From Phycisphaerae bacterium (GTDB lineage: Bacteria > Planctomycetota > Phycisphaerae > UBA1845 > Fen-1342): a stretch of DNA of 64,000 bases. Below, piece by piece: positions 1-10,558 of the stretch. The notes beneath the pieces are model-generated. The model did not search any database, was not told the DNA's origin, and saw only the letters and a program-made list of their open reading frames with translations. A program made the position numbers and the translations under genes. The stretch spans positions 96,001-160,000 of the forward strand of contig JASFQK010000003.1 in assembly GCA_050115495.1 (NCBI GenBank), given 5' to 3'. The first letter of the stretch is position 1. Every line of letters starts with the position of its first letter.

Positions 1-636
1 GCCCGCGTGGTGGTCTTTGACGCCGAAGGTCGCGAATTGGCGCGCTTTGGCACCTTTGGCGAGGGGCCCGGCCAGTTCCGCCTCCCGACCGACGTCGCCG
101 TCGACCGGCAGGGGGCCATCTACGTGTCCGAATACGGCGGCAACGACCGGATCAGCAAGTTCTCGCCGGACCGGGAGTACCTGTTCAGCTTCGGCGGCCC
201 GGACGCGGGCGAGGCCACCCTCCGCCGTCCGCAATCGTTAGTGTTCGATAACGACGGGACGTTATGGGTGACCGACGCCGGCAATCACCGAGTGTGCCAC
301 TTTGACGCCGACGGGCGGTTTCTGGGGTCTTTTGGCACGCCGGGCGACGGGGTAGGGGAGCTGCGTTTCCCGTACGGGCTGGATTTCCTGTCCGACGGGA
401 CGCTGGTGGTCACCGAGTTCGGCAACAACCGCCTCCAGCGTTTCGACCGCCAGGGGCATTCCCTGGGGACCTGGGGCTCCGCAGGCCGCAAACCAGGGGA
501 GCTGGCCTATCCCTGGGCGGCCGTTGTCGTCCCGGAGGACCGCATCGTCATCGTAGACTCGGGTAATAATCGTATGCAGGTCATTGCCGGCGGGCGGGCG
601 GATACGTGGCGCCTGGCTACGTCGCCGGATGAATAG
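1..636 (+). CDS. NHL-repeat beta-propeller protein (5' end probably outside window)
   Basis: Repeated FGxxGxGPGxFxxPxxVAVD / VxDxGNxRI NHL units; frame is open from the window edge. Confidence 0.85.
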   Translation, partial: ARVVVFDAEGRELARFGTFGEGPGQFRLPTDVAVDRQGAIYVSEYGGNDRISKFSPDREYLFSFGGPDAGEATLRRPQSLVFDNDGTLWVTDAGNHRVCHFDADGRFLGSFGTPGDGVGELRFPYGLDFLSDGTLVVTEFGNNRLQRFDRQGHSLGTWGSAGRKPGELAYPWAAVVVPEDRIVIVDSGNNRMQVIAGGRADTWRLATSPDE

Positions 637-668
637 GATTCCACTAAGCGTGGATTCGTGCTAACGTT

Positions 669-3600
669 ATGACAATGGCTGCGACCGCCTCGCTGTTGCT
701 GGCGCAGATGCGCTTCGAGACGCCGGCATACCTCGCGCTGCTGGCGGTGTTGCCATTGCTGGTGGCCCTCTCGATCCGCTCGCTCGCCGGACTGGGGCCC
801 GCGCGACGTGTGGCGGCGATCGTGGCCCGTTGCGTCGTCGTGCTCTGCATGATCCTCGCCCTCGCCGGCGCCCAGCGCACGCGCACGAGCGACGCCCTGG
901 CTGTTATCTTCCTACTCGACCGCTCCAACAGCATCCCCCGCCAGTACCAGGAGCAGGCCTTCGATTTCATCCGCCAGTCCGAAGACGGTCGCGGTATCGA
1001 CGACCTCATCGGCGTCGTGGCCTTCGATGGCCAGAGTGCCGTGGAACGCCTCCCGGGCAGCAGCCTCTTCATCGACCACGTCACCGAGTCGCTCGATCCC
1101 GACGAAACCGATCTCGCCGCTGCCCTGCGGCTGGCGATGGCCCTCTTCCCGCCCGAGACCGCCCGCCGCGTCGTCGTCCTCTCCGACGGCAACGAGAACG
1201 TCGGCGCCGCCCTCGAAGAGGCCGAGCACTTCCGCGCCGCTGGCGTGCCGATCGACGTTGTCCCCATCCTCTACGAGCACACCAACGAGGTCGTCTTCGA
1301 GCAGTTGCGCGCCCCGCCCAGTGCCGCCGCCGAAGAGACCATCAACCTGCAAATGGTCCTGCGCTCGCAGCAGCCGGTGACTGGCCGCATCAAGCTCGAA
1401 CAGAACGGGCAGTGGGTGGACCTCGACCCGACGGGGCCGGGCAACGACTATCCGGTGGCTCTGAATCCCGGTGCCAACCGCTTCACGATTCCGGTCCCGC
1501 TGCGCGATACCGGCGCTCATCGCTTCCGCGCCGTCTTCCAGCCGGATGACCCCGACCTCGACACCGTGCCGGCCAACAACGAGGGCTGCGCGTTCACCGT
1601 CGTCTCCGGCCCGGGCAAGGTGCTCATTCTCGCCACCGAGAGGGACCTCGACGCCCCCAATTCCTCGGTGGCCATTCTGGAGCGTGCCCTCGCCGCCGAG
1701 CGGATCAACTACGTGGTCGAGGCGGCCGGTGCGGACCCGCTCACGCAGGTGCGTCTGCTTGACTACTCGTGCGTGGTTCTCTCGAACGTCCCTGCCGGTG
1801 ACCTGTCCGAGGTCGAGCACGGCGTTCTCTCCATCTACGTTCGTGACCTCGGCGGCGGGCTGGTGATGATCGGCGGCGACGACTCCTTCGGCGCCGGCGG
1901 CTGGCTCGGCAGCCCTGTCGAAGAGGTCATGCCCGTCAGCTTCGACGTCAAGAATCTCAAGCAGTTGCCCAAGGGCGCCCTCGTTCTCGTCATGCACGCC
2001 TGCGAGGTGCCGCAGGGCAACTACATCGGCCAGCGCTGCGCCGTCAGCGCCATCAAGACCCTGAGCAGCCGCGACCTCGTCGGCGTCCTCGCCTGGGAAT
2101 ACCGCGGCACACAGCTCGGCTACTGGTCCGTGCCCCTGCAAACCGTCGGCGACAAGACCTCTGTCATCCAGCAGGTCCTTAAGATGCAGATGGGCGACAT
2201 GCCCGACTTCGATCCGGTCATGCGCCCCGGCGTCGACGCTCTCATCGCCCGCACCGACGCCGCCGTCCGCCACATGATCGTCATCTCCGATTTCGACCCC
2301 TCGCGCCCGCAGCCCGATCTGCTCCGCAAAATGAAGGACCACAAGATCACCTGCTCGACCGTCACTATCGGTTACGGCGGCCACCAGATCGACGAGGGTC
2401 TTGCCAACGACATCGCCACCACCACTGGAGGCCGCTTCTATGCCACCGACGACTTCAGCAAGCTGCCGCAGATCTTCATCAAGGAATCGCGCGTCGTGCA
2501 GCGCTCGCTGATCGACGAGAATCCCTTCCATCCGCAACTGGTCGATCGCCTTGCCCAGACCGTCGCCGGTCTGAGTCCCGACGAGATCCCCACTCTCGGC
2601 GGCTACGTCGTGACCACGCCGAAGAAGTTGGCCACCGTCCCGCTGGTTCGCACCGGCAAGGACACGACCGACCCCGTCCTGGCCCACTGGAACGTCGGGC
2701 TCGGCAAGACGGTCGCCTTCACGAGCGGCATGTGGACCGCCTGGGGCGCCGACTGGGCCGGCTGGGTCCAGTTCAGCAAGTTCTGGGGACAGATCGTTCG
2801 CTGGGCGTCGCGCCAGGATGAGGCCGCCGCCCTCGACGTCACCACGTCGGTTCACGGCGGCCGCGGGCAGATTAGCGTCGAGGCGCTGGGCGCCGACGAA
2901 AAGGCCGTTGATTTCATGCGTCTCCGCGGCGTGCTGATTCCGCCGCTGCCGGAAGGCCCGTCTCGCGGCACAGCACCGCCCGCCGCCATCCCCGTCGAAT
3001 TGACGCAGACCGGTCCCGGCCGTTACGAGGGCGAGTTCGACGCCCAGGAGCGGGGCAGCTACGTGCTGAACCTCGAGTACGTGATGGGCGAGGGCCCCGA
3101 CGCCCGCCGCGGCGAGTTGCGCACCGGCGTGGCCGTGGCCTACTCGCCCGAGTACCGCGAACTGCGGCCCAACCTGGCCCTGCTCGAGGCCCTGCGTGAA
3201 CGAACCGCCGGCCGCACGCTCGGTAGCGGACAGGCACCTGCCGCCTTCGCCCGCGCTGCGCTTCCGCTGGCGGAGGCCCAGCGCAGCATCTGGGAGGACC
3301 TCGTCCGCTGGATGCTCGTGCTGTTCCTGATCGATGTGGCCATCCGCCGCATCGCCGTCAGCCCGCACGAAGTATGGCGCAAAGCGCGGCAGTACCTGGC
3401 GGACATGGCCGGTCGCGGCCGCTCGGCCGAGGCCAGCGCCGCCGTGCTGACCACGCTCAAGGGTACCCAGGCCCGGCGGCGCGACGAGCAGCAGGTGCAT
3501 CCGCCGACCGACGCCGGCACGCCGCCCTCGCGTTCCGCTCGCTACGAGGCGCCCACGCCGAGCGGCCAGGCCACCGAAGATCTGGCCCGCGCTCTCGGCG

Positions 3601-3737
3601 GTGCCTCCGAACAGGACAAGCCGGTCGTGGCGCGCCCGACGGGCAAGAAGCCGCCCTCCAGCGAGGGCGATTACACTTCCCGGCTCTTGCAGGCCAAGCG
3701 CCGGGCACGGAAGGACATGAAGGACGAAGAGAGCTGA
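669..3737 (+). CDS. Membrane-anchored VWA-domain protein with glutamine-amidotransferase-like (DUF1355-type) middle domain
   Basis: N-terminal TM pair, MIDAS-like DRSNS, TDLAAAL, VVLSDGNEN; GGGLVMIGGDDSFGAGGW; second degenerate VWA; C-terminal TM. Confidence 0.8.
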   Translation: MTMAATASLLLAQMRFETPAYLALLAVLPLLVALSIRSLAGLGPARRVAAIVARCVVVLCMILALAGAQRTRTSDALAVIFLLDRSNSIPRQYQEQAFDFIRQSEDGRGIDDLIGVVAFDGQSAVERLPGSSLFIDHVTESLDPDETDLAAALRLAMALFPPETARRVVVLSDGNENVGAALEEAEHFRAAGVPIDVVPILYEHTNEVVFEQLRAPPSAAAEETINLQMVLRSQQPVTGRIKLEQNGQWVDLDPTGPGNDYPVALNPGANRFTIPVPLRDTGAHRFRAVFQPDDPDLDTVPANNEGCAFTVVSGPGKVLILATERDLDAPNSSVAILERALAAERINYVVEAAGADPLTQVRLLDYSCVVLSNVPAGDLSEVEHGVLSIYVRDLGGGLVMIGGDDSFGAGGWLGSPVEEVMPVSFDVKNLKQLPKGALVLVMHACEVPQGNYIGQRCAVSAIKTLSSRDLVGVLAWEYRGTQLGYWSVPLQTVGDKTSVIQQVLKMQMGDMPDFDPVMRPGVDALIARTDAAVRHMIVISDFDPSRPQPDLLRKMKDHKITCSTVTIGYGGHQIDEGLANDIATTTGGRFYATDDFSKLPQIFIKESRVVQRSLIDENPFHPQLVDRLAQTVAGLSPDEIPTLGGYVVTTPKKLATVPLVRTGKDTTDPVLAHWNVGLGKTVAFTSGMWTAWGADWAGWVQFSKFWGQIVRWASRQDEAAALDVTTSVHGGRGQISVEALGADEKAVDFMRLRGVLIPPLPEGPSRGTAPPAAIPVELTQTGPGRYEGEFDAQERGSYVLNLEYVMGEGPDARRGELRTGVAVAYSPEYRELRPNLALLEALRERTAGRTLGSGQAPAAFARAALPLAEAQRSIWEDLVRWMLVLFLIDVAIRRIAVSPHEVWRKARQYLADMAGRGRSAEASAAVLTTLKGTQARRRDEQQVHPPTDAGTPPSRSARYEAPTPSGQATEDLARALGGASEQDKPVVARPTGKKPPSSEGDYTSRLLQAKRRARKDMKDEES

Positions 3738-3801
3738 GTTGCTCCGGGCCGCGGTGTGCGTGGCCCGGGCCGGCCGTGAATAGACGGATGGTGAGGAACG
3801 A

Positions 3802-6009
3802 ATGCTGGACGGGCTGCTGGAACTGGTCAAACACGGAGATCTGGACGGGTTCGAGACGCGCTGCCTGGAGTTGCTTGATGCTGGCGAGGTGCCGACCGGC
3901 GCCCTGACCACATGCTTCAAGAAGATGGAAGAGGCCGGCGACGCCCAGCGCGTGGGTACGCTCGCCCAGATGGTGCTTGAGAACATCAACATCGACGCCG
4001 ACCCGCGCGGTGCGCTGGCCGTCGCCCAGTCGGCCCTGCACGCTGTCCCCGACAGTGCCACGTTGCGCCAGCACGTCGTCGATCTCTACCGCCGTGTCCA
4101 CGCCGAGACGGACGGCTTCTCTGCCATCCTCGAATCGTCCGGTTTGGCGGGTACGGCCCCGGCTCGCATGGCCCTGCGCGTGCTGGACTTCTGCCTCGAG
4201 CTGAAGGTCGGCGAAACGCTCATCAGCCGCATGGATGACAAGGTTGCCGAGGTCGCCGAGATCGACCGCGCCCGCGGCCTGTTCACATTGCGGCGCAGCG
4301 CCCGCACCACGACCATTCCGGCCCGCGAGGTCGTCCGCGAATACGAGCGCGTGGACAAGGACGACTTCCGCGTTCTCCGCCAGTTGTACCCCGAGCGCCT
4401 CAACGAGCTCATCGAGAAGGACCCCGTCGCCCTCGTCGTCGGTCTCATCCACGCGCACGGCGGCCTGATCAACGCCGACGAGCTCAAGGCCGAACTCGCT
4501 CCGCGCTACATCGACGATCGCCAGTGGAACAAATGGTGGACGCGAACCCGCTCTCAGCTCAAGCGCTCGCCGCACATCATCATCGAGGGCCGCGCCCCCG
4601 TCGTCCTCCAGTACAACGCCGAAGGCGTCTCGCTCGAAGATGAGACCTGGTCGGCCATCGCCGCCCGCCAGGACCCCGTACAGTGGCTGGCGACCGCCGA
4701 GAACTACCTCCGCGAGATGAAGTCGCGCAAGGAGAAGCCCGACCAGGCCCTGCTCAAGCGCTTCCACAACCACATCGTCGAGCACGTCGAGAAGGTCCGC
4801 CGTCTCCGTCCCGGCGAAGCCCTCGCCTGCGTCCTCGTTCTCAGCCGCCTTGCTGACCAGGGTCTGCCCATCGACGAATCATCGAAGTTGCTCGCCGGCG
4901 AGATCCTGCGCGAGACCCGCGATCCCGTCGCCCTGATCGCCACGCTTTCCGACGACCACCTCTGGGAGCGCGTCTACGACGAGCTCAAGGCCGCGCTGCC
5001 CGACAAGTGGCCCGACGTCGCCCTGGCCCTGCTCAGCCTCGCGCCGGCGTCACAGCTCGACGCCCTCGTCGGCCTGCTCCGCGAGGCCGGCCGGCTCGAC
5101 GGCGCGCAGCGCCTCATCGACGACGTGCTCACCAACCCGCTCGAATCCGTCGAGTTCATCTACTGGTTCTGGAAGGGCCCGCAGGACGCTTCCGGCCTGA
5201 ACCTGCCCGCCGACAGCGAGGTCCTGAGTACCATTCTCGATACGCTCAGCGCTCTCGGCGTGACGCTGAATCCGCCGGCCGACGTCGCCCGTCGTTTCCG
5301 CGGCCGCGTGAAGTCCGCCCTGGCCCTGCGGAACTACGGCCGCGTCGAGGCTTGTCTCAAGGCGTGCAGTGCGGCGGCGGCGGTGCCCCTGCGCCGCCAG
5401 ATCGAACGCCTCGACGAGCTCGGACCGGTCGCCCGCGGCCGGCTGCTCGATCTGCTCCACGACGCCCACCCACAATTGTGGGTCAGGCGCACCGTCCAGC
5501 TCGCCCCGTGGGAGGACCCCGATATCCTCTGGGCCACGCAGGCCGGCCTCGACCGCAAGACCGCCGACCGCGACGACATCCTCAATGTCAAGATGCACGA
5601 GAACGCCATCCGCATCGGCGAGGCCGCTTCGCATGGCGACCTGAGCGAAAACTCCGAGTACAAATTCGCCCTCGAAGAGCGCGATTTCCTCCGCGGCCGC
5701 CTGGCCCAGGCCAACCGCGAGCTCGCTCTCGTTCGCGTGCTCGAGTCCCACGACGTGCCGATCGACAGCGTTGGCGTCGGTTCGCGCGTCACGCTCCGCC
5801 GAACGAGCGACGGCAACGAGCGCGTCATGACCATTCTGGGCCCGTTTGAGGCCGACGTGGACAAAGGCATCTACAGCTACAAGGCCCCCGTTTGCCAGAA
5901 GCTGATGGGCCTCCACGCCAACGAGCACATTACGCTCACCGTGGACGGCTCGGACCAGGAATTCGAGATTATCAAGATCGAGAACAGCTTCACGCCCGCC
6001 GACGGTTAG
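3802..6009 (+). CDS. greA: Long-form GreA/GreB-family transcription elongation factor with ~570-aa N-terminal extension
   Basis: C-terminal AASHGDLSENSEYK motif and VGVGSRV...ISY-like SYKAPV GreA C-domain. Confidence 0.85.
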   Translation: MLDGLLELVKHGDLDGFETRCLELLDAGEVPTGALTTCFKKMEEAGDAQRVGTLAQMVLENINIDADPRGALAVAQSALHAVPDSATLRQHVVDLYRRVHAETDGFSAILESSGLAGTAPARMALRVLDFCLELKVGETLISRMDDKVAEVAEIDRARGLFTLRRSARTTTIPAREVVREYERVDKDDFRVLRQLYPERLNELIEKDPVALVVGLIHAHGGLINADELKAELAPRYIDDRQWNKWWTRTRSQLKRSPHIIIEGRAPVVLQYNAEGVSLEDETWSAIAARQDPVQWLATAENYLREMKSRKEKPDQALLKRFHNHIVEHVEKVRRLRPGEALACVLVLSRLADQGLPIDESSKLLAGEILRETRDPVALIATLSDDHLWERVYDELKAALPDKWPDVALALLSLAPASQLDALVGLLREAGRLDGAQRLIDDVLTNPLESVEFIYWFWKGPQDASGLNLPADSEVLSTILDTLSALGVTLNPPADVARRFRGRVKSALALRNYGRVEACLKACSAAAAVPLRRQIERLDELGPVARGRLLDLLHDAHPQLWVRRTVQLAPWEDPDILWATQAGLDRKTADRDDILNVKMHENAIRIGEAASHGDLSENSEYKFALEERDFLRGRLAQANRELALVRVLESHDVPIDSVGVGSRVTLRRTSDGNERVMTILGPFEADVDKGIYSYKAPVCQKLMGLHANEHITLTVDGSDQEFEIIKIENSFTPADG

Positions 6010-6038
6010 GCAGAGCAGGAGTGCCGGAACCGGTTCCG

Positions 6039-7013
6039 CTAGCCCGTCGTCGCCCGGATGACGGCCCACCCAATGTACCCGGCGTAGAGCAGGAGCAGCG
6101 CTGCGCCTTCGGTCCGGTTGATCTGCTGACCCCGCCGAGCGAGAAGCAGGAAGAGCGCGCTCGTCGCCAGCACGCACGAACCATCCAGGACGAGCACGTC
6201 GCGATCCACGCTCACCGGCCGCACGGTCGCGGTGATGCCGACCACGCTCAGTATGTTGAAGATGTTGCTGCCGACCAGGTTCCCGACCGCGATGTCGGGA
6301 AGCTTCTTTCTGGCGGCGATGATCGAGGTCGCCAGCTCCGGCAGGCTGGTGCCCACCGCGACAATTGTCAGTCCGATAATAGTATGACTGATGCTCAGCA
6401 ACTCAGCCAGACCCGTCGCTCCGTCCACGATCAGCCGGCCGCCGAGCGTCAGCCCCCCAATACCCACGACGATCAGGACTGCGTTTAAGGGAATTCCGCC
6501 GGCGACGCCGATAGCTGTCTCATATTCACCGGCCACCACCGCCGGTTCTGCTCGCGCGAGCCAGTACGTCAGGGCCAGGTAGCTGACCAGTGCGGCGCAC
6601 AAGACGCCGCCTTCCCAACGCGCGATCTCCCCGGTGCCGCCGGCGGCATAGGCCAACAGCACGAAGCCGACGGTGACGGCGACCATGATCGGCCCGTCGA
6701 CGCGCAGCAGCTTCAGCGAGACGTGCAGGGGACGGGCAAGCGCCGCCGCCCCGAGGATCAGCAGGATGTTCGCGATGTTGCTCCCCAGGACGTTTCCGAT
6801 GGCGATGCCCGGCTCATCGCGCAGCGCGGCCTGGAGCGACACGGCCAGTTCTGGTGCCGACGTGCCGAACGCCACGATGGTCAAGCCGACCACGAGGGGC
6901 GGAATACCCAACCGACAGGCCAGCCGGGACGAGCCACGCACCAGTGCCTCGCCGGCGACCCACAGTACGATCAATCCGCCGCCCAGGCTGGCAGCGTGCC
7001 ACAGCGCCTGCAT
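6039..7013 (-). CDS. Calcium/sodium antiporter (CaCA, YrbG-like)
   Basis: Two alpha repeats GTSAPEL and [17 protein letters not shown] / [21 protein letters not shown] before ATG 7013. Confidence 0.92.
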   Translation of the reverse strand: MQALWHAASLGGGLIVLWVAGEALVRGSSRLACRLGIPPLVVGLTIVAFGTSAPELAVSLQAALRDEPGIAIGNVLGSNIANILLILGAAALARPLHVSLKLLRVDGPIMVAVTVGFVLLAYAAGGTGEIARWEGGVLCAALVSYLALTYWLARAEPAVVAGEYETAIGVAGGIPLNAVLIVVGIGGLTLGGRLIVDGATGLAELLSISHTIIGLTIVAVGTSLPELATSIIAARKKLPDIAVGNLVGSNIFNILSVVGITATVRPVSVDRDVLVLDGSCVLATSALFLLLARRGQQINRTEGAALLLLYAGYIGWAVIRATTG

Positions 7014-7232
7014 GACCTCTTCCGCAACGAACAACGACTGCGGGGCTCGCCCCCGCGACATCAGTCGACTACACTATTTAACCTCGACAGAGCATCGGTC
7101 CCACAGCCCGGGAATGCAAGCCCCCGGCGGAGAAACCGGCCGAGCCTGCCGACGACGGAACACGGTGGCCGCACGCAGCCGGCGCGGGCGCGAGCAGCTA
7201 CCAGACCTCGCCAGAAACAAGGATGTTGCGCC

Positions 7233-8855
7233 ATGCTGCTGACGCTTGGTGTCGCGACGGGTACCGGCGGCGTTCATAACGTGCCGGGGCTGTTCTGGGT
7301 GTGGCCCTTCGTGGCCATTCTGCTGGCCATCGCTATCTTCCCGTTGATGCGCCGCACGCATCACTGGTGGGAGGAAAACAAGAACAAGCTGCTGGTCGCC
7401 CTCGTGCTGGCGTTCATCACGCTGGCCTATTACGGCCTGCGTGGCTACGGCGTTGCCGTTCACCATGAGGACAAGGACGGCGAGGCGCATGCCGCCGAGG
7501 TCGACCACGGCGCGGTTGCGAGCGAGCCTCCGAGCACGGCGTCGGCTCCGGCATCGCAGCCTGGCGAGTCGGACGAGAGTGGACACGACGAGCACGCGAC
7601 CGGCCACGAGCCGCATCACGCCGCCGCCGGCGAATCCGCTGCGGGCGAGCATGAGGCTGGCGAGGAGGCCGCCGCTCACGAGCAGCACTACAGCCCCAAC
7701 GGCCTGCCCACCATTTTCGCCGTCATCGATCACGCCGTGTTGAAGGAATACATCCCCTTCATCGTGCTGCTGTTCAGCCTGTACGTCATCGCCGGCGGCA
7801 TCGTCGTCCGTGGCGATATCCGGGCCACACCGCTGGCCAACACGTGCATCATCGGTGCCGGCGGTCTGCTGGCCAGCTTCATCGGCACGACCGGCGCGGC
7901 GATGCTCCTGATCCGCTTCCTCCTGAAGACGAACTCCGAGCGCCGGCTCAAGGTCCATACCGTCGTCTTTTTCATCTTCATCGCCGCCAACGTCGGCGGC
8001 ACACTGCTGCCCATCGGCGACCCGCCGCTGTTCCTCGGCTACCTCCGTGGCGTGCCGTTCTTCTGGACGCTCCAGTTGTGGAAGTACTGGGTGATCATGC
8101 TCGCCCTGCTGCTCGCGATCTACTACGTCTGGGACACGTGGGCCTATCGCCATGAAGAGAAGGCCGACCTCCGCCTGGACGAGACGCAGATTCAGCCGAT
8201 GCACGTCGCCGGGCTGCTCAACGTCATCTGGATCTTCGGCGTCGTCGCCGCTGTGGCGACGCTCGATCCGGCGAAGCCCTTCCCGGGGACGAACTGGCAC
8301 GCTCCGATGTACCTGCGTGAGGGCGTGCAGCTTCTCATGGCGCTGGCCTCCTGGGTGACGACGTCGATGGTCCTGCGCAAGGAGAACCAGTTCAACTTCG
8401 TCGCTATCGGCGAGGTGGCCTGCCTGTTCATCGGCATCTTCATCACCATGCAGGTGCCGATCGAGATCCTGCGGGCTCGCGGCGCCGAGCTCGGGCTGCA
8501 TGCCCCCTGGCATTTCTTCTGGGCCACGGGCATTCTCAGCAGCTTCCTCGACAACGCTCCGACCTACGTCGTGTACTTCGAGACGGCCAGCTCCCTGCCC
8601 GCCGAGGCCGGTGTAGAGATGATGCACAACCTGGCGACCGGCTCGATCCCGATCCACCTGCTGATCGCGATCAGTTGCGGTGCCGTCTTCATGGGTGCCA
8701 ACACGTACATTGGCAATGGCCCCAACTTCATGGTGAAGGCCATCGCCGAGCAATCCGGCGTGAAGATGCCCAGCTTCTTCGGCTACATGATGTATTCCGG
8801 GCTCATCCTGATCCCGACGTTCGTGGTCCTGACGCTGATCTTCTTCCGCTCGTAG
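7233..8855 (+). CDS. Putative Na+/H+ antiporter (IT superfamily) with His/Glu-rich inserted loop
   Basis: ASFIGTTGAAM, ANVGGTLLPIGDPPLFLG, SSFLDNAPTY, GANTYIGNGPNFMVK motifs; start set at ATG 7233 after AAGGA. Confidence 0.85.
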   Translation: MLLTLGVATGTGGVHNVPGLFWVWPFVAILLAIAIFPLMRRTHHWWEENKNKLLVALVLAFITLAYYGLRGYGVAVHHEDKDGEAHAAEVDHGAVASEPPSTASAPASQPGESDESGHDEHATGHEPHHAAAGESAAGEHEAGEEAAAHEQHYSPNGLPTIFAVIDHAVLKEYIPFIVLLFSLYVIAGGIVVRGDIRATPLANTCIIGAGGLLASFIGTTGAAMLLIRFLLKTNSERRLKVHTVVFFIFIAANVGGTLLPIGDPPLFLGYLRGVPFFWTLQLWKYWVIMLALLLAIYYVWDTWAYRHEEKADLRLDETQIQPMHVAGLLNVIWIFGVVAAVATLDPAKPFPGTNWHAPMYLREGVQLLMALASWVTTSMVLRKENQFNFVAIGEVACLFIGIFITMQVPIEILRARGAELGLHAPWHFFWATGILSSFLDNAPTYVVYFETASSLPAEAGVEMMHNLATGSIPIHLLIAISCGAVFMGANTYIGNGPNFMVKAIAEQSGVKMPSFFGYMMYSGLILIPTFVVLTLIFFRS

Positions 8856-8858
8856 GCT

Positions 8859-9302
8859 GTAGCGTCCGGGCTCCGTACCGGACGTCTTGCAGCGGTCGAT
8901 CCCGGCGGGCCGAGATGTCGGCCATCGAATGTCGAACCGCTCACGCCCCGGCGTGTAGCGTCGGCCCCCCGTGGCCGACGTCGAACGCTGAGAGACGCAC
9001 GACCCGCCACGTAGCGGCCGATTCCGGTGCGCCGGAATGTCGGCCGTCGAATGCTGCATGCCACTGGTGGCTTGCCCGCCAGCGCTAGCATGGACCTCGG
9101 CAGCCGCCACGCGCAGCACGGCCTTCTTAGTCCCGTAGGGACGGCTGATTGTAGCCCAGCACGAAGTGCTGGGACTCGACCCGGCAACGCGTTGGGAAGT
9201 CCCGTAGGGACGACTGAACGCTTCGCCGCGGAACCGCCCGCCGTTCCACGTCGATCATGGGAGCCCGACGCGGCGTGCCACTGGTGGCTTGCCCACCAGT
9301 GC
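8859..9302. repeat. Cluster of REP-like palindromes (GTAG-hairpins, 2x AGTCCCGTAGGGACG, 2x TGCCACTGGTGGCTTGCCC(A/G)CCAG)
   Basis: GTAG+hairpin at 8859, 8955, 9011, 9151; direct copies at 9129/9198 and 9059/9275; related copies elsewhere in the window. Confidence 0.8.
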
Positions 9303-9313
9303 TGGAACGGGCT

Positions 9314-10558
9314 TCACGCGCCCCGCCGCGCCCCGCGCACCAAAACCAACCAGACAATCCCCAACGCAAAGATCTGTGCTCCCGCCGCCCGCGCCGCGGG
9401 CCACACCAGCAACACCGCCCCCAGTCCCCACACAACCACCGCTCCCACATCCACCCACCGCCGGCGCGTCGCTCGTTCCGCCACCACCGCCAGCGGCCAA
9501 TACACCATCGGCAGGTAATGCACCCACAGCAGCGGCGACGCCAGCAACATCGCCGCACACCACACCCCGAACTGCGCCCGCAACCCATTTACTTCCGCTG
9601 GCGACTTCGCTGCCCACCGCGGCGGCCGCAGACCGGCCATCACGCTCCCCACGAGGATCACTGCCAGCAGCCCCGCATACACCGCGAACACCCGCGACCT
9701 CGGCCAGTCCACCACGTTCACGTACGTCACCGACCCCCGCTCGTCCGGCGTCGCGTTGATATGCGTGCCGAGTCGGCGGAGCACCGCCGGCAGGGCGTTG
9801 TTCTTGTAATAGATCTTCCGCGGCTGGTCGGCGGTGATCGTGTTCCACGCCGAGTGCCCCTGCGCTGCACGTTCAAAGAACGCTGTGTGCTGCCGCTTCG
9901 TCTCTGCCACACCCAGCGAGATCAGCGGCATCCCCAGCCCAAACACAACCGTCACCGCCGCCGCCGCGAGCGCCACCCGCCACCGCCCCTTGAGCAGGAA
10001 GAAGATAACCAGCAGCCCCGGCACGAGCTTGATGAGCGTCGCCAGTCCGAGCACCGCCCCCGCTTCCCACTCGTACCGCCGTTCGAACAGGAACCAGACG
10101 GCCACGAGCAGGAACATCATCATCAGCCCGACCGCCCCGAGCACGCTCGCCGAATAGAGGTAAGGCAGCATGAGCCCCAGCGCCAGCCACGTCGCCGCCC
10201 GCGGCCGCGGCGCGAGCCCGCCGGCCAGCAGGATCTCCACCATAACGACCGCCAGCGCCACCAATCCCAGCGACAGCGCCGTAAACGCGACGGCCGCCAC
10301 CTTCAGCGGCAGCAGGCTCCACGGCAGCATGAAGATCGTGAAGAACGGCAGGTAGTTGTGCACGCCGAGTTCCGCCGAGATCTCGCCCGTCTCACGGAAG
10401 TGCTTCGCCGTCTGCCAGTAGTCGCGGAAATCCGTGCTGCTCTCAGCGCGATGTGCGAGAACGACGCCGATGAAGACCGTGTACGCGACGGCCGCGATCA
10501 GCAGCGGCAGCCACCCGCGCAGCTTCGCTCGCCTGCCATCGCCGCGCTCGCCGCTCAT
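9314..10558 (-). CDS. GT87/DUF2029-family polyprenol-phosphate-sugar glycosyltransferase (GT-C)
   Basis: TM then DFRDYW, NYLPFF, LATLIKLVPG, LLASPLLWVHY; ATGA overlap with upstream GT2 stop. Confidence 0.8.
   Translation of the reverse strand: MSGERGDGRRAKLRGWLPLLIAAVAYTVFIGVVLAHRAESSTDFRDYWQTAKHFRETGEISAELGVHNYLPFFTIFMLPWSLLPLKVAAVAFTALSLGLVALAVVMVEILLAGGLAPRPRAATWLALGLMLPYLYSASVLGAVGLMMMFLLVAVWFLFERRYEWEAGAVLGLATLIKLVPGLLVIFFLLKGRWRVALAAAAVTVVFGLGMPLISLGVAETKRQHTAFFERAAQGHSAWNTITADQPRKIYYKNNALPAVLRRLGTHINATPDERGSVTYVNVVDWPRSRVFAVYAGLLAVILVGSVMAGLRPPRWAAKSPAEVNGLRAQFGVWCAAMLLASPLLWVHYLPMVYWPLAVVAERATRRRWVDVGAVVVWGLGAVLLVWPAARAAGAQIFALGIVWLVLVRGARRGA

Noticed and set aside
6723..7232. N-terminal extension of the antiporter ORF overlapping the CaCA gene
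   Set aside because: Arg/Pro-rich noise; a better start with an RBS lies at 7233
8859..9302. Possible CRISPR array in the repeat clusters
   Set aside because: The repeats are heterogeneous, with no regular repeat-spacer period and no cas genes
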